A stretch of DNA of 64,000 bases from Eledone cirrhosa (Eukaryota): NCBI GenBank assembly GCA_964016885.1, contig OZ024745.1:97650001-97714000 (forward strand). Reading direction: 5' to 3'. Under the pieces are notes generated by a model, which worked only from the letters and a program-made list of their open reading frames with translations, was not told the origin of the DNA and did no database searches. This document shows positions 41,243-53,139 of the stretch, in pieces (position 1 is the stretch's first letter; every line of letters begins with the position of its first letter). Both the position numbers and the translations under genes were made by a program.

Positions 41243-41830
41243 ATGCAGGCATAACAGACCATATATTATGATATGGCACAGGGAAAAGAAAGCATGCACA
41301 GTAGAGGAAGTTAGCTGCCCAGCAGATGCCAATATAATATCAAAGATTAGCGAAAAGGAGAATATTTATGCAGAACTGATGAGAAATCTGCAGATACTCC
41401 ACCCTGATTACACCTTCAGATTTATGCGTGTGATTATTGGGGTACTGGAGTATGTTAGTAACTGCCTCAATACAAATTTTGAGAAGCTAGGCTTCACAGG
41501 AACAGAAAGAACACAACTACTTAGGAAATTACAAGAACAACCCATTAATGGAACAGTAAAAATATGTAAAACATTCCAAAAATTTTGCATCTAATAACTG
41601 CATATACACATGTACAGATACAAAGCATATGCACATGCACACATACAACTCAAAGCATACACATTCACACATACAATAACATCCATATCTACACATGCTT
41701 GCATGCAGACATGCATACATAATCTACCTAGTTGATGTTGTGTAAATTCCAATGAGAGAGTCTTGTGTCTATGTTTGAAACCGACTCCCTCTATTGGTAA
41801 AAATTTGTGAAATTATAAAACCAGAAGAAC
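41243..41830 (+). pseudogene. R4/Dong-like non-LTR element 3' end (restriction-like endonuclease + 3' UTR) in (CATA)n
   Basis: HNRP(Y)I...EVSCP.D.NI..K..EK...Y..L...VIIG.L is the RLE signature; (CATA)n on both flanks. Confidence 0.78.
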
Positions 41831-41879
41831 ATACATACATACATACATACATACATACATACATACATACATACATACA

Positions 41880-42190
41880 TGTTGGCTGCCCCCCCGTTAT
41901 CGAGTTTGGCCATTCACGATATAACATTATTAATAATTATCAATTAATGCTATCGTGCAATGCCTGCGCGTGAAGAATATTTTTAAAGTGAGGAAAGACT
42001 GTGCACTGAGCCAATCCCACTCTCTGAGCGGCAGTAGCTATAACCCGAAAAGAAGAAAAGATCAACATCATCGGTAACTACTGAGCTGCAGGTTTTATGT
42101 CGGAGTTATCCCAGTTTCCCGAGTTGCCTTCTCCTAGAAGAATGCCCTGACAAAGGCTAGGGGTCCTTCCCTCCCAGTGGTTTAACCGCG
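41880..42190 (-). mobile_element. Diverged RTE-derived short element
   Basis: Similar to the 21077-23319 family; ends ggcagccaac(ATGT)n. Confidence 0.6.
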
Positions 42191-42423
42191 CGATCGGGAA
42201 TCCACGCATATATATACATGTATATACATGCATATACACATATGATGGCTGCCCCCTCGTTATCAAGTATGGCCATTGCACGAGAAAAAAAGATCCATAA
42301 TAATAACAATAATAATAATAATAACAACAATAATAATAACGACAACAACAACAATATACATATATATATATATATACACACGCACACACATAAATATATC
42401 TACACACATACACATGATAGCAA

Positions 42424-43550
42424 TTAACAGCGCTGCGATCGAATGTGGCTTTTTAGCCTAGTCAATGATCTAAAATGTCTTGCACAGAGTTGGCAACCAA
42501 AATATTCACTGGGAATAGCCGGCTGTGGTTGGAGTTCATGTACTTTTGCATGTCGTTTGAGCTCTCCTGCTGATTTACATTCTCTACCACATGCTTGGCA
42601 AGCATGATGAGTAGCATCTCCAACAGCAGCTTGGTAGTCAACCACTGGTCTCACTTTATGACTGCGAAGATAACTTTCGAGTCCAGGTTTGCTTAGGCAG
42701 AGTCTCGCACAGACGCTGCATATCAGCGCCATAGGAGGACCTTCGCCGTCTGGAAATGCAACAGCAATGCTCTTCCTCACATCCCGCTTTACTTTCTCGT
42801 ATGCGATTCGAGATGCCTCAAAGGCAACTTTCCTCTCATATACAGTCTTTCTCCATTTATTAGATGTTAGCGTCTTTCAAAGAGGCTTTCAAGGAATCTT
42901 TGGTTTATGTGGAGGTCGTTTTCCTTTAACTAACTCTCCATAAAAGAGTTGTTTTGGTATTCTAGAATCCTTCATCCTGGCAAGGTGACCACTCCAACGG
43001 AGTCGTTGCTTAAGTACAAGAGCTTCTATACTGCCACACAGAGAGCTTTCCAAAATCTCGTCATCACTGATGTAGTCCCTCCAGTGAACGCCACCATGGA
43101 TCCGTCTGAGACACATCTGATGGAAACGCTCCAATTGTTTAAGGTGGTGTCCGATATGTGACCCAGGTCTCGCAGGCATAAAGAACAGAAGAGAGCACAC
43201 ATGCCTTGTACACCTTTACCTTTGTCTTCTTGCATATGTCTCGTCGACCCCGGAGTCGCCTTTCTAGCTTTCCGAAAGCATCACTTGCTTTCTTAATCCT
43301 GAGTGGGATTTCATTATCAAGGTTGCTGTATCGATTGACAGTGCTTCCCAGGTAGTCAAACTGATCAACCACTCCAAGTCGTTTACCATACACATAGATA
43401 TTTGGTTCACTGTACTGCTTACCAGAGGCAGGTCGGTACATGACGACGGTTTTCTTGAGACTGACAGTCAAAACTAGGGCAGTGCAAGCATCAGAAAACG
43501 CATTCAAAATGTGCTGCATATCACTCTCTGTGTGCGCTACAAGATCGCAA
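42424..43550 (-). pseudogene. 5'-truncated RTE LINE (RT C-terminal half + three C2H2 fingers), frameshifted
   Basis: SLKKT..YLGS..RI.KAS.AFG.L..VY.A.VLS..LYACETW; RLRWSGHLARM..RIPKQLFYGEL; three CxxC..H motifs. Confidence 0.87.
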
Positions 43551-43609
43551 TATACACATATCCTCATACATACATGTGTATATACATATTTACACATACA
43601 TATATACAT

Positions 43610-44218
43610 GGTGGCTGCCAACTCGTTTTCGAGTACGGCCACTACTTTATATCCATGTAGGAGAACCCCTACCGATGCGCTGAACGAGTGTGACTTTTTA
43701 GTCCAGCCAGCGACTTGAAAACTCTGGTACAAACACTACACTTGTGACAATTATTGACACATAGTGCTGGGCCCATGGTACCATGTGACGGCAAGTGCAG
43801 AGAGATCTCCAGATATAAAGCAATGCCTGTGCCGTGAAGCTTTTATAGTGAGCAAAGGCACTGCACAAAGCCAGTCCCACTCTCTTAACCAAGATGATAT
43901 TTACCAAAAAGAAGAACAAGTCAACATCATTGGATACCATCAGGGTTGCAGGTGTTATATCAGAGTTTTCCTTCTCCTAGAATTCTGCCTTGACAAAGGC
44001 TAAGGGGTCATCTCTCCCAGTGATTTTGGATGGCCATTGACTCTTAAGAGCTCCTTTGCCCTTTGACAGGTTTTGTTTTTAGTCCTGCAGGATGTCCAAA
44101 GTCACCCTCCTCACCAAGAAACCTTGGTGGGGTTGCCAGTTTAGTCGCCAACGACCCGACCATGAAACAGGTTGTACTGGGATACATGTTACCAGTAGCA
44201 CCAAGTGGTGACCTGACA
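43610..44218 (-). mobile_element. Full-length-looking RTE-derived non-autonomous element (about 610 bp)
   Basis: Reverse complement of 22258-22833 with extra 5' head; (ATGT)-like flanks. Confidence 0.8.
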
Positions 44219-44473
44219 TAAACATATATACATACATATATACATACATACATACAAAAGTGAAATTGGATAACAATTCTGTATAACGATTACTGTTTGC
44301 CATTTTATAACGACTACTGGGGTTTCTGTGACATGATGACAGCTTAAAATACCCATAGCGAGACTTATGTAAATCTACTATACATAAACATTCCTCTCTT
44401 TTATGCTTTTGAAAAAAAGGATAAGAACTGTGAAACCGGTAAAGGAAATAAATAAATATTCTTAAAAAGACAT

Positions 44474-45272
44474 CATCATCATTATCATCATCATCATCAT
44501 TATCATCATCATCATCATCATAACCACCACCACCACACCACCACACCACCACCACCACACCGCCACCACCGCAACCACACCACCATACCACCACCACCAC
44601 CACACCACCACCACACCACCATACCACCACACCGCCACAACACCAGCACCACCACACCACCACCACCACACCGCCACCACCACCACCACCACACCACCAC
44701 CATACCACCACACCGCCACAACACCACCACCACCACACCACCACCACCACCACACCACCACACCACCACCACAACACAGTACCACCAACACACTACCACC
44801 ACCACCACCTCCACCACACCACCACCACAACACCACCACCACACCACCACCACCACACCACCACCACCACCACACCACCACCACACCACCACCACACCAC
44901 CACCACAACACACTACCACCAACACACTACCACCACCACCACCACCACCACCTCCACCACACCACCACCACACCACCACAACACCACCACCACCACCACA
45001 CCACCACCACCACACCACCATCACCACACCGCCACCACCACCACCACCACGCCACCACACCACCACCACCACACCACCACAACCACACTACCACCACCAC
45101 CACAACTGCCATCACTACCACACCACCACACCACCACAACCACACTACCACCACCACCACAACCGCCACCACCACACCACCACCACCACACCACCACAAC
45201 ACCACCACCACCACACCACCACACCACCACCACCACCACCACCACACCACCACCACACCACCATCCTCATCA
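44474..45272. repeat. (CAT)n plus degenerate (CAC/CACCA)n
   Basis: Direct reading. Confidence 0.95.
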
Positions 45273-45767
45273 TCGGTAATGTGCCATCTCACTTATTCTC
45301 ATTATAAGTCGTCGTTCTCTCATTTTGTCTGTCACGTTGATTGTCTCTCTGCCTTCTAACTAGTTAATAGTCTGACACTTCCGGTCTGCTGCTACTGATG
45401 GTAATTATGCTAATTATGCTAATGATGTTGAGCACCAAGTTAACTCTGATCAAACACATATATTTAATGGCGATCTAATCGTGACCATCCCGTCTTTTAA
45501 AGCCTATTTACGAATACACATGCAATATGTCCTTTGTTTATTTCAGACGGTGCGCTGTAATTAGAGGGATATTTGGTTGCTATATCTAACAGATTGAGCG
45601 GCCCGCTAGTGACATCCACGTCTTTTTCTTTTACACTGTGTTACTCATTTACTCATTGTGTCTTTTCACTTTAAAATATCAGGGTGTGGTTTGAGGGATA
45701 TTTGGCTGCTATATCTAGCAAGTCGATCTGCTACATAGTAACTCCCTCGTTGGTTCATTATTTCAAG

Positions 45768-45932
45768 AGGGTCGGACGCCATGCTTTTCAGCATAGAGTT
45801 ACGGCCCGTTACGTTCTGAGTTCAAATGCCGCCGAGGTTAACTTCGCCTTTTATCATTACGGGGTCGATAAAATAAAGCACCAGTAATGCATTGGGGGTA
45901 ATTGCTGGCCTTGTGCCAAAAGTAGAAACAAT
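45768..45932 (+). mobile_element. tRNA-SINE, 5'-clipped
   Basis: Matches the SINE consensus. Confidence 0.8.
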
Positions 45933-46595
45933 TCTTTCAAGATTGGTCCTGAATGAGTAAACATAAGATGAAATTTTTTCCAGTCGTAACCATCCTGTCT
46001 TTTTCCAATATGTCAAGCCTTTTGCTAACAAACCGCTTGTTTTAAAGACCTTTGCTAACAAGGCTGCTTATTTTAAAGTGATTCTATCTATTTAAAAACA
46101 TTCCATCATAATTTTATACCAGAACTTATTTTAAGCTGTTCCAAACGTCAGTTTATAATGAGAAAGTTCGATATCTCTGTATAAATTTCGGCGCCTTCCG
46201 TCCGTCCGTCCGTCACACAATGTGTATGTGCTTGTGTTTGTGTGAATGTATATGTATTTGTGTCAATGTATATGTATTTGTGTGAATGAATGTACGTGAG
46301 TATGTATTTTTGTAAGTGTGTCTGTGTTTGCACGTTTATATTTATATATTCATACATATAAGTGTATGTATATGCACATACATACACGCACACACATATA
46401 CACATACGCGACAGTGTGTTGAAAAAATCCTAGTATTTCTAAAATCCTCCAAATTCTTTGTTTTTTTCAAAATTATTTGAAAACCATAGGCGATGTCTTT
46501 CATTCGAAATATGGTAAGGAAAAGCAATGGTGTATGATTTTAGCAGGTCGGGTGAGCGCTAGAGACTCCTTCATTGGAAAGTGGAGTCCATGTTT

Positions 46596-47650
46596 TAGTT
46601 GCTGCTGTGCTGCTGTTGTATTATTAGTGTTGTCCTTATTATTGCTGTTGTGTTGTTAGTTTGCTGCTGTTGTTGCTGCTGTTGTGTTGTTTGTTTTGCT
46701 GCTGTTGTTGCTGCTGCTGTTATGGCTGATGTATTGTTAGTGTTGTTATTATTATTGCTGTTGTGTTGTTAGTTTGCTGCTGTTGTTGCTGCTGTTGTGT
46801 TGTTTCTTTTGCTGCTGTTGTTGCTGCTGCTGTTATGGCTGATGTATTGTAGTGTTGTTATTATTATTGCTGTTGTGTTGTTAGTTTGCTGCTGCTGTTG
46901 CTGCTGTTGTTTTATTGTTAGTGTTGTTCTTATTGTTGCTGTTGTGTTGTTAGTTTACTGCTGCTGTTGCAGCTGTTGTTGTATTGTTAGTGTTGTTATT
47001 GTTGCTGTTGTGTTGTTAGTTTACTGCTGCTGTTGCAGCTGTTGTTGTATTGTTAGTGTTGTTATTGTTGCTGTTGTGTTGTTAGTTTACTGCTGCTGTT
47101 GCAGCTGTTGTTGTATTGTTAGTGTTGTTATTGTTGCTGTTGTGTTGTTAGTTTACTGCTGCTGTTGCAGCTGTTGTTGTATTGTTAGTGTTGTTAGTTA
47201 GCTGCTGTTGTTGTGTTGTTGTTGTGTTGTTATTGTTCTTATTGTTGCTGTTGTGTTGTCAGTTTGCTGCTGCTCTTGCTACTGTTGTTGTGTTGTTAGT
47301 GTTCTTATTGTTGCTGTTGTGTTGTTAGTTTACTGCTGATGTTGCTGCTGTTGTTATTGTTGCTGTTATGTTGTTAGTTTGCTGCTGCTGTTGCTACTGT
47401 TGTTGTATTGTTAGTGTTGTTATTGTTGCTGTTGTGTTGTTAGTTTGCTGCTGCTGTTGCTACTGTTGTTGTGTTGTTAGTGTTGTTATTGTTGTTGTTG
47501 TGTTGTTAGTGTTGTTATTGTTGTTGTTGTGTTGTTAGTTTGTTGCTGTTCCTGATGTTGTTGCTATTGCTGCTATTGCTGCTATTGCTGCAGTTATGGC
47601 TGACGTTGTTGTATTGTTGGTACTGTTGGTACTGTTGTGTTGTTAGTTTA
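46596..47650. repeat. Degenerate (GTT/GCT)n array with 69-bp higher-order unit
   Basis: gttagtttactgctgctgttgcagctgttgtt repeated. Confidence 0.9.
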
Positions 47651-47900
47651 CAGCATCAAACTAACTGTTGCTAGTTTGATGCTGGGTGGGGTGGAGGTAA
47701 ATAATGGAAAATGGAAAAGAGAATGGTGGGGTGGGAACTTTAGACTCTTAGAGACGGAGACACCAATCAGAGAATTAGATGACACAAGACGAAGGAAGGA
47801 CAAAAAGTATGTTAAGAAATAGAAAAGGAAAATAGTGAGAGAAAGAGAGAATGGTAAGGAGAGAAAATGAGTAGAAGACTTCACAGATAGAGGCAGGGGT

Positions 47901-47947
<47 letters not shown>

Positions 47948-47955
47948 TAGAAGGA

Positions 47956-47990
<35 letters not shown>

Positions 47991-48049
47991 GAGTAAAGCC
48001 AAGTGAGGAGAAAGAAAAGATAAACCAAGGGGCAATGAGTAGAAAGAAG

Positions 48050-48905
48050 AGGTGTGTGTATGTGAATGTCTGTGTGTGAATGTGTGAATGTGAGTGTGTG
48101 AGTGTGTGAGTGTGTGTGTGTGTGGGTGTGTGTGAGTGTGTGAATGTGTGTGTGTGAGTGTGTGGGTGTGGGTGTGTGTGAGTGTGAGTGTGTGTGTGAG
48201 TGTGTGAGTGTGTGTGTGAGTGTGTGAATGTGTGAATGTCTGTGTGTGTGTGTGTGAATGTGTGTGTGTGTGTGAATGTGTGTGAGTGTGTAAATGTGTG
48301 AATGTCTGTGTGTGAGTGTGTGAATGTGTGTGAGTGTGTGTGTATGTGAATGTGTGTGTGTCTGTGTGTGAGTGTGTAAATGTGTGAATGTATGTGTGTG
48401 AGTGTGTGAATGTGTGTGCGTGTGTGAGTGTGTGTGTGTATGTGAATGTGTATGTGAGTGTGTGAATGTGTGAATGTCTGTGTGTGTATGTGTGTGTGAG
48501 TGTGTCAATGTGTGTGTGTGAATGTGCATGTGTGTGTGAATGTGTGTGTGAATGTGTGAATGTCTGTGTGTGAGTGTGTGAATGTGTAAATATCTGTGTG
48601 AATGTGTGTGAATGTGTGTGTGTGAATATGTGTGTCTGAGTGTGTGATTGTGTGAATGTCTGTGTGTGAGTGTGTGAATGTGTGTGTGTGTGAATGTCTG
48701 TGTGTGTGTGAATGTGTGTGAGTGCGTGAGTGTGTGTGTGTATGTGAATGTGTGTGAGTGTGTGAATGTGTGAATGTCTGTGTGTGAGTGTGTGAATGTG
48801 TGAATGTTTGTGTGTGAGTGTGTGAATGTGTGTGTGTGTGTGTGTGTGAATGTGTGTGTGTGTGTGTGTGAATGTGTGTGACTGTGTGAGTGTGTGTGTG
48901 TGTGT
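48050..48905. repeat. (GT)n/(GTGAAT) degenerate array
   Basis: Direct reading. Confidence 0.95.
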
Positions 48906-49285
48906 GAGAGAGAGGGAGAGTGCTGGAAGAGAGCGAGAGAGAGAGGGAGAGTGCTGGAAGAGAGCGAGAGAGAGAGAGAGTGATGGAAGAGAGCGAGAGA
49001 GAAAGAGAGGTAGCAGAAAGAAAGTGAGAGAGACAGATTATCATCATCTTCATCATCATCATCATCATCATCACCACCAGTATCATCATCATCATCACCA
49101 GTATCACCATCGTCATCATCACAATGATTCATCACCACCACCGCTACCGCCACCCGCCTCCTTCTTCTCCTCCTTATCATCATCATCATCATCATCATGT
49201 ACTGGGTGCATTTTATTGTGGCATCAGCATTATCACTTTACAACATGGACTGGCTGTATTTTATTGTAGTACTAGTACTGCAACC

Positions 49286-50722
49286 ATTACAGAGTGGACT
49301 GGGTGCATTTTATCATGGATCAGCCCTATAAACATTACAGAGTAGACTGGGTGCATTTTTTCATGGATCAGCCCTTTAAACTTTACAGAGTGAACTGGGT
49401 GCATTTTATCGTAGATCAGAATTACAGTATTACAGAGTCAACTGGGTGCATTTTATCGTAGATCAGAACGACAGTATTACAGAGTAGACTGGGTGTATTT
49501 TATCGTAGATCAGCACTACAGTATTACAGAGTGGACTGGGTGCATTTTATCGTAGATCAGAATTACAGTATTACAGAGTGGACTGGGTGCATTTTATCGT
49601 AGATCAGAATTACAGTATTACAGAGTGGACTGGGTGCATTTTATCGTAGATCAGCACTACAGTATTACAGAGTGGACTGGGTGCATTTTATCGTAGATCA
49701 GCACTACAGTATTACAGAGTGGACTGGGTGCATTTTATCGTAGATCAGAATTACAGTATTACAGAGTAGACTGGGTGTATTTTATCGTAGATCAGCACTA
49801 CAGTATTACAGAGTGGACTGGGTGTATTTTATCGTAGATCAGCACTACAGTATTACAGAGTGGACTGGCTGCATTTTATCGTAGATCAGCTCTACAGTAT
49901 TACAGAGTGAACTGGGTGCATTTTATCGTAGATCAGAATTACAGTATTACAGAGTGAACTGGGTGCATTTTATCGTAGATCAGCTCTACAGTATTACAGA
50001 GTGAACTGGGTGCATTTTATCGTAGATCAGCACTACAGTATTACAGAGTGGACTGGGTGCATTTTATCGTAGATCAGAATTACAGTATTACAGAGTGGAC
50101 TGGGTGCATTTTATCGTAGATCAGACTACAGTATTACAGAGTGGACTGGGTGCATTTTATCGTAGATCAGCTCTACAGTATTACAGAGTGGACTGGGTGC
50201 ATTTTATCGTAGATCAGAATTACAGTATTACAGAGTGGACTGGGTGCATTTTATCGTAGATCAGCACTACAGTATTACAGAGTGGACTGGGTGCATTTTA
50301 TCGTAGATCAGCACTACAGCATTACAGAGTGGACTGGGTGCATTTTATCGTAGATCAGCACTACAGTATTACAGAGTGGACTGGGTGCATTTTATCGTAG
50401 ATCAGAATTACAGTATTACAGAGTGGACTGGGTGCATTTTATCGTAGATCAGCACTACAGTATTACAGAGTGGACTGGGTGCATTTCATCGTAGATCAGC
50501 TCTACAGTATTACAGAGTGAACTGGGTGCATTTTATCGTAGATCAGAATTACAGTATTACAGAGTGGACTGGGAGTATTTTATCGTAGATCAGCACTACA
50601 GTATTACAGAGTGGACTGGGTGCATTTTATCGTAGATCAGCACTACAGCATTACCGAGTAGACTGGGTGCATTTTTTCATGGATCAGCACTACAGTATTA
50701 CAGAGTGGACTGGGTGCATTTT
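49286..50722. repeat. 47-bp minisatellite, about 30 copies
   Basis: attacagagtggactgggtgcattttatcgtagatcagNNNtacagt; period 47 (49501 to 49548). Confidence 0.95.
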
Positions 50723-51030
50723 AAAGAAATGTAAGGAGATATACAAGCAGAAAGAAGGTATGAGAAGTGAACTAATGTGAAACGTTGTGAAGTGAAGTGT
50801 GACGGTTTGAAAATGGGAAGAGAGGGAGAGAGAGAGAGAGAGCAAGGGAGAGAGAGGGGGGAAGAGATGGAGAGAGAGAGGGGGGAGAAAAAAGATATGG
50901 AAGATAAAGAGTAAGAACGGAAGAGATAAAGAGAAAGAAAGAGAGAGAAAGCGAAAGCGAAAGAGAGATGGGGAGAGAGAGAAAGAAAGAGAGAGAAAGC
51001 GAAAGCGAAAGAGAGATGGGGAGAGAGAGA

Positions 51031-51104
<74 letters not shown>

Positions 51105-51232
51105 TAGAGAGAGAGAGAGAGAATGAGGAAGGAGAGAAAGTAAAAATGGAAGATAAAAAGTAAGAACGGAAGAGATAGAGAGAAAGAAAGAAAGAAAGAA
51201 ATAAAGAAAGCGAGGGAGGGAGAGGGAGAAAG

Positions 51233-51279
<47 letters not shown>

Positions 51280-51748
51280 CTGTGAGAAGAGGAATTAGGG
51301 TGGGGGGGGAGCACAAAAAAATGATAGAGAGAGAGTGAGGTAAACAAAAAGAGAGTGTAGGGAGGAAAGAAAAGGGATGGAGGAGGAGGAGGAGGAGGAC
51401 AAGGGTGAAGAAAACAAAAGAAAATGTTGCGGAGAGAGAGAGGAGTAGGTAGAGAGAGGAAATACAAAGGGAGTGTAGGGAGGAGAGAAAGAGTGAGGAG
51501 GAAAGTGAAATAAGAAGTGAAATAAGAAGGAAAAATAGGGGAGGGAGAGAGAGGAAGGGGAGAGAGGAGGAAAGGAGGGGAGGAGGAGAGTGAGGAAATA
51601 AGAAGGAAAAGTAGGGGAGGGAGAAAGGGGAAGAGGAGGAGAGTGAGGAAACAAAAGAAATGTTAAGAAAGGAAAGCTGGGGAGGGGGTGGAAGAGAAGA
51701 TAAAAGTGAGATGTGTGAATACAGGGGGGGGGAGAGTGGAAGTGGGAG

Positions 51749-52045
51749 GTATGGGTATGTATGTTTGTATGTATATGTGTATGTATGTTTGTATGTGTAT
51801 GGGTATGTATGTTTGTATGTGTATGGGTATGTATGTTTGTATGTGTATGTGTATGTATGTTTGTATGTGTATGTGTATGTATGTTTGTATGTGTATGTGT
51901 ATGTATGTTTGTATGTGTATGGGTATGTATGTTTGTATGTGTATGTTTATGTATGTTTGTATGTGTATGGGTATGTATGTTTGTATGTGTATGTGTATGT
52001 ATGTTTGTATGTGTATGGGTATGTATGTTTGTATGTGTATGTATG
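51749..52045. repeat. 24-bp GT-rich minisatellite
   Basis: gtatgtatgtttgtatgtgtatg(g/t) units. Confidence 0.85.
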
Positions 52046-52631
52046 TATATGTATGTGTATATGTGTAAATGTGTTTGTATGTATGTATATGTGTATGTGT
52101 GTTTTTATGTATGTATATGTGTATGTATGTATATGTCTAAGTATATAAGTATGAATCTGTATGTGTATGTATGTGTGTGTGTGTATGTATGAATGTATGT
52201 GTTTGTATGCGCGTGTAAGTGTGTGTGAATGTGTGTGTGTGAGTGCCGGAGTATATATGTGTGTAAGGGAATATGTATATATGTAAGTGAGTGAGTGAAT
52301 GAGTGTGTGTGTGAGTGTGAGAGTGCGAGAGTGTGAGTGTGTGAGAGAATGAGTGTGAGTGTGTGTTTGTATGTGCCTGGGTGTGCGTGTGTATGTGTGT
52401 AAGTGTGAGTGTGTGTGTGTTTTGTGTCAAGGAAATAATAGATGTGCAAGGAAGGAAAGGTTAGACCGAGAGGGGAGGGGAGTGGGGAGATGAGAGGAGT
52501 AGTGGGAGAGAGGAGATGAGAGGAGAGAGGGGGAGAGAAGTGAAGAGGATGAGAGAGGAGGGAAGAGGATATGTGAAACAAGAGGAATGTAAACATAAAC
52601 AAGCAAAGAGGGACAAACGTGGGATGAGTGG

Positions 52632-52802
52632 TGGGATGAGTGGGTGGATCAAGGGAAGGGGGGTGGATGGTTGGTTGAGTGGGTGGATCAAGGGAAGGGG
52701 GGTGGATGGTGGGATGAGTGGGTGGATCAAGGGAAGGGGGGTGGATGGTGGGATGAGTGGGTGGATCAAGGGAAGGGCGGTGGATGGTGGTATGAGTGGG
52801 TG
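52632..52802. repeat. 39-bp G-rich minisatellite, about 4 copies
   Basis: gggatgagtgggtggatcaagggaagggggtggatggt-like units. Confidence 0.85.
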
Positions 52803-53139
52803 GTATGAGGGTGGTGGATGGTGGATATGTGGGTGGATGGTGGGGTGGAAGGATGGATGGATAGATACATAGTTCGATAGACATAAAGATAGATAGATAT
52901 ACAGATAAATTTCTATTTATTTGCCACGAGGGCACAAAAGAAGGGGACATTTACACAGTGGGGGAGTTTACATAAATCGAGTAAAGAAAAAAGGAATAAC
53001 AATAATAATATAACAATAAAAAGTCCTCAAAAGGGAGGGGGCGTGTTGGGGATTGCACATACCCCCGAAAAGTGTGCAACTCTTTTCGCGGGGGAAGCCC
53101 AGAGAGGAGGCGCTCCCCCTTTCCTCTTCACTTCTTCAC

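Noticed and set aside
49286-50722. CRISPR-like array
   Set aside because: No unique spacers, no cas genes, eukaryotic context
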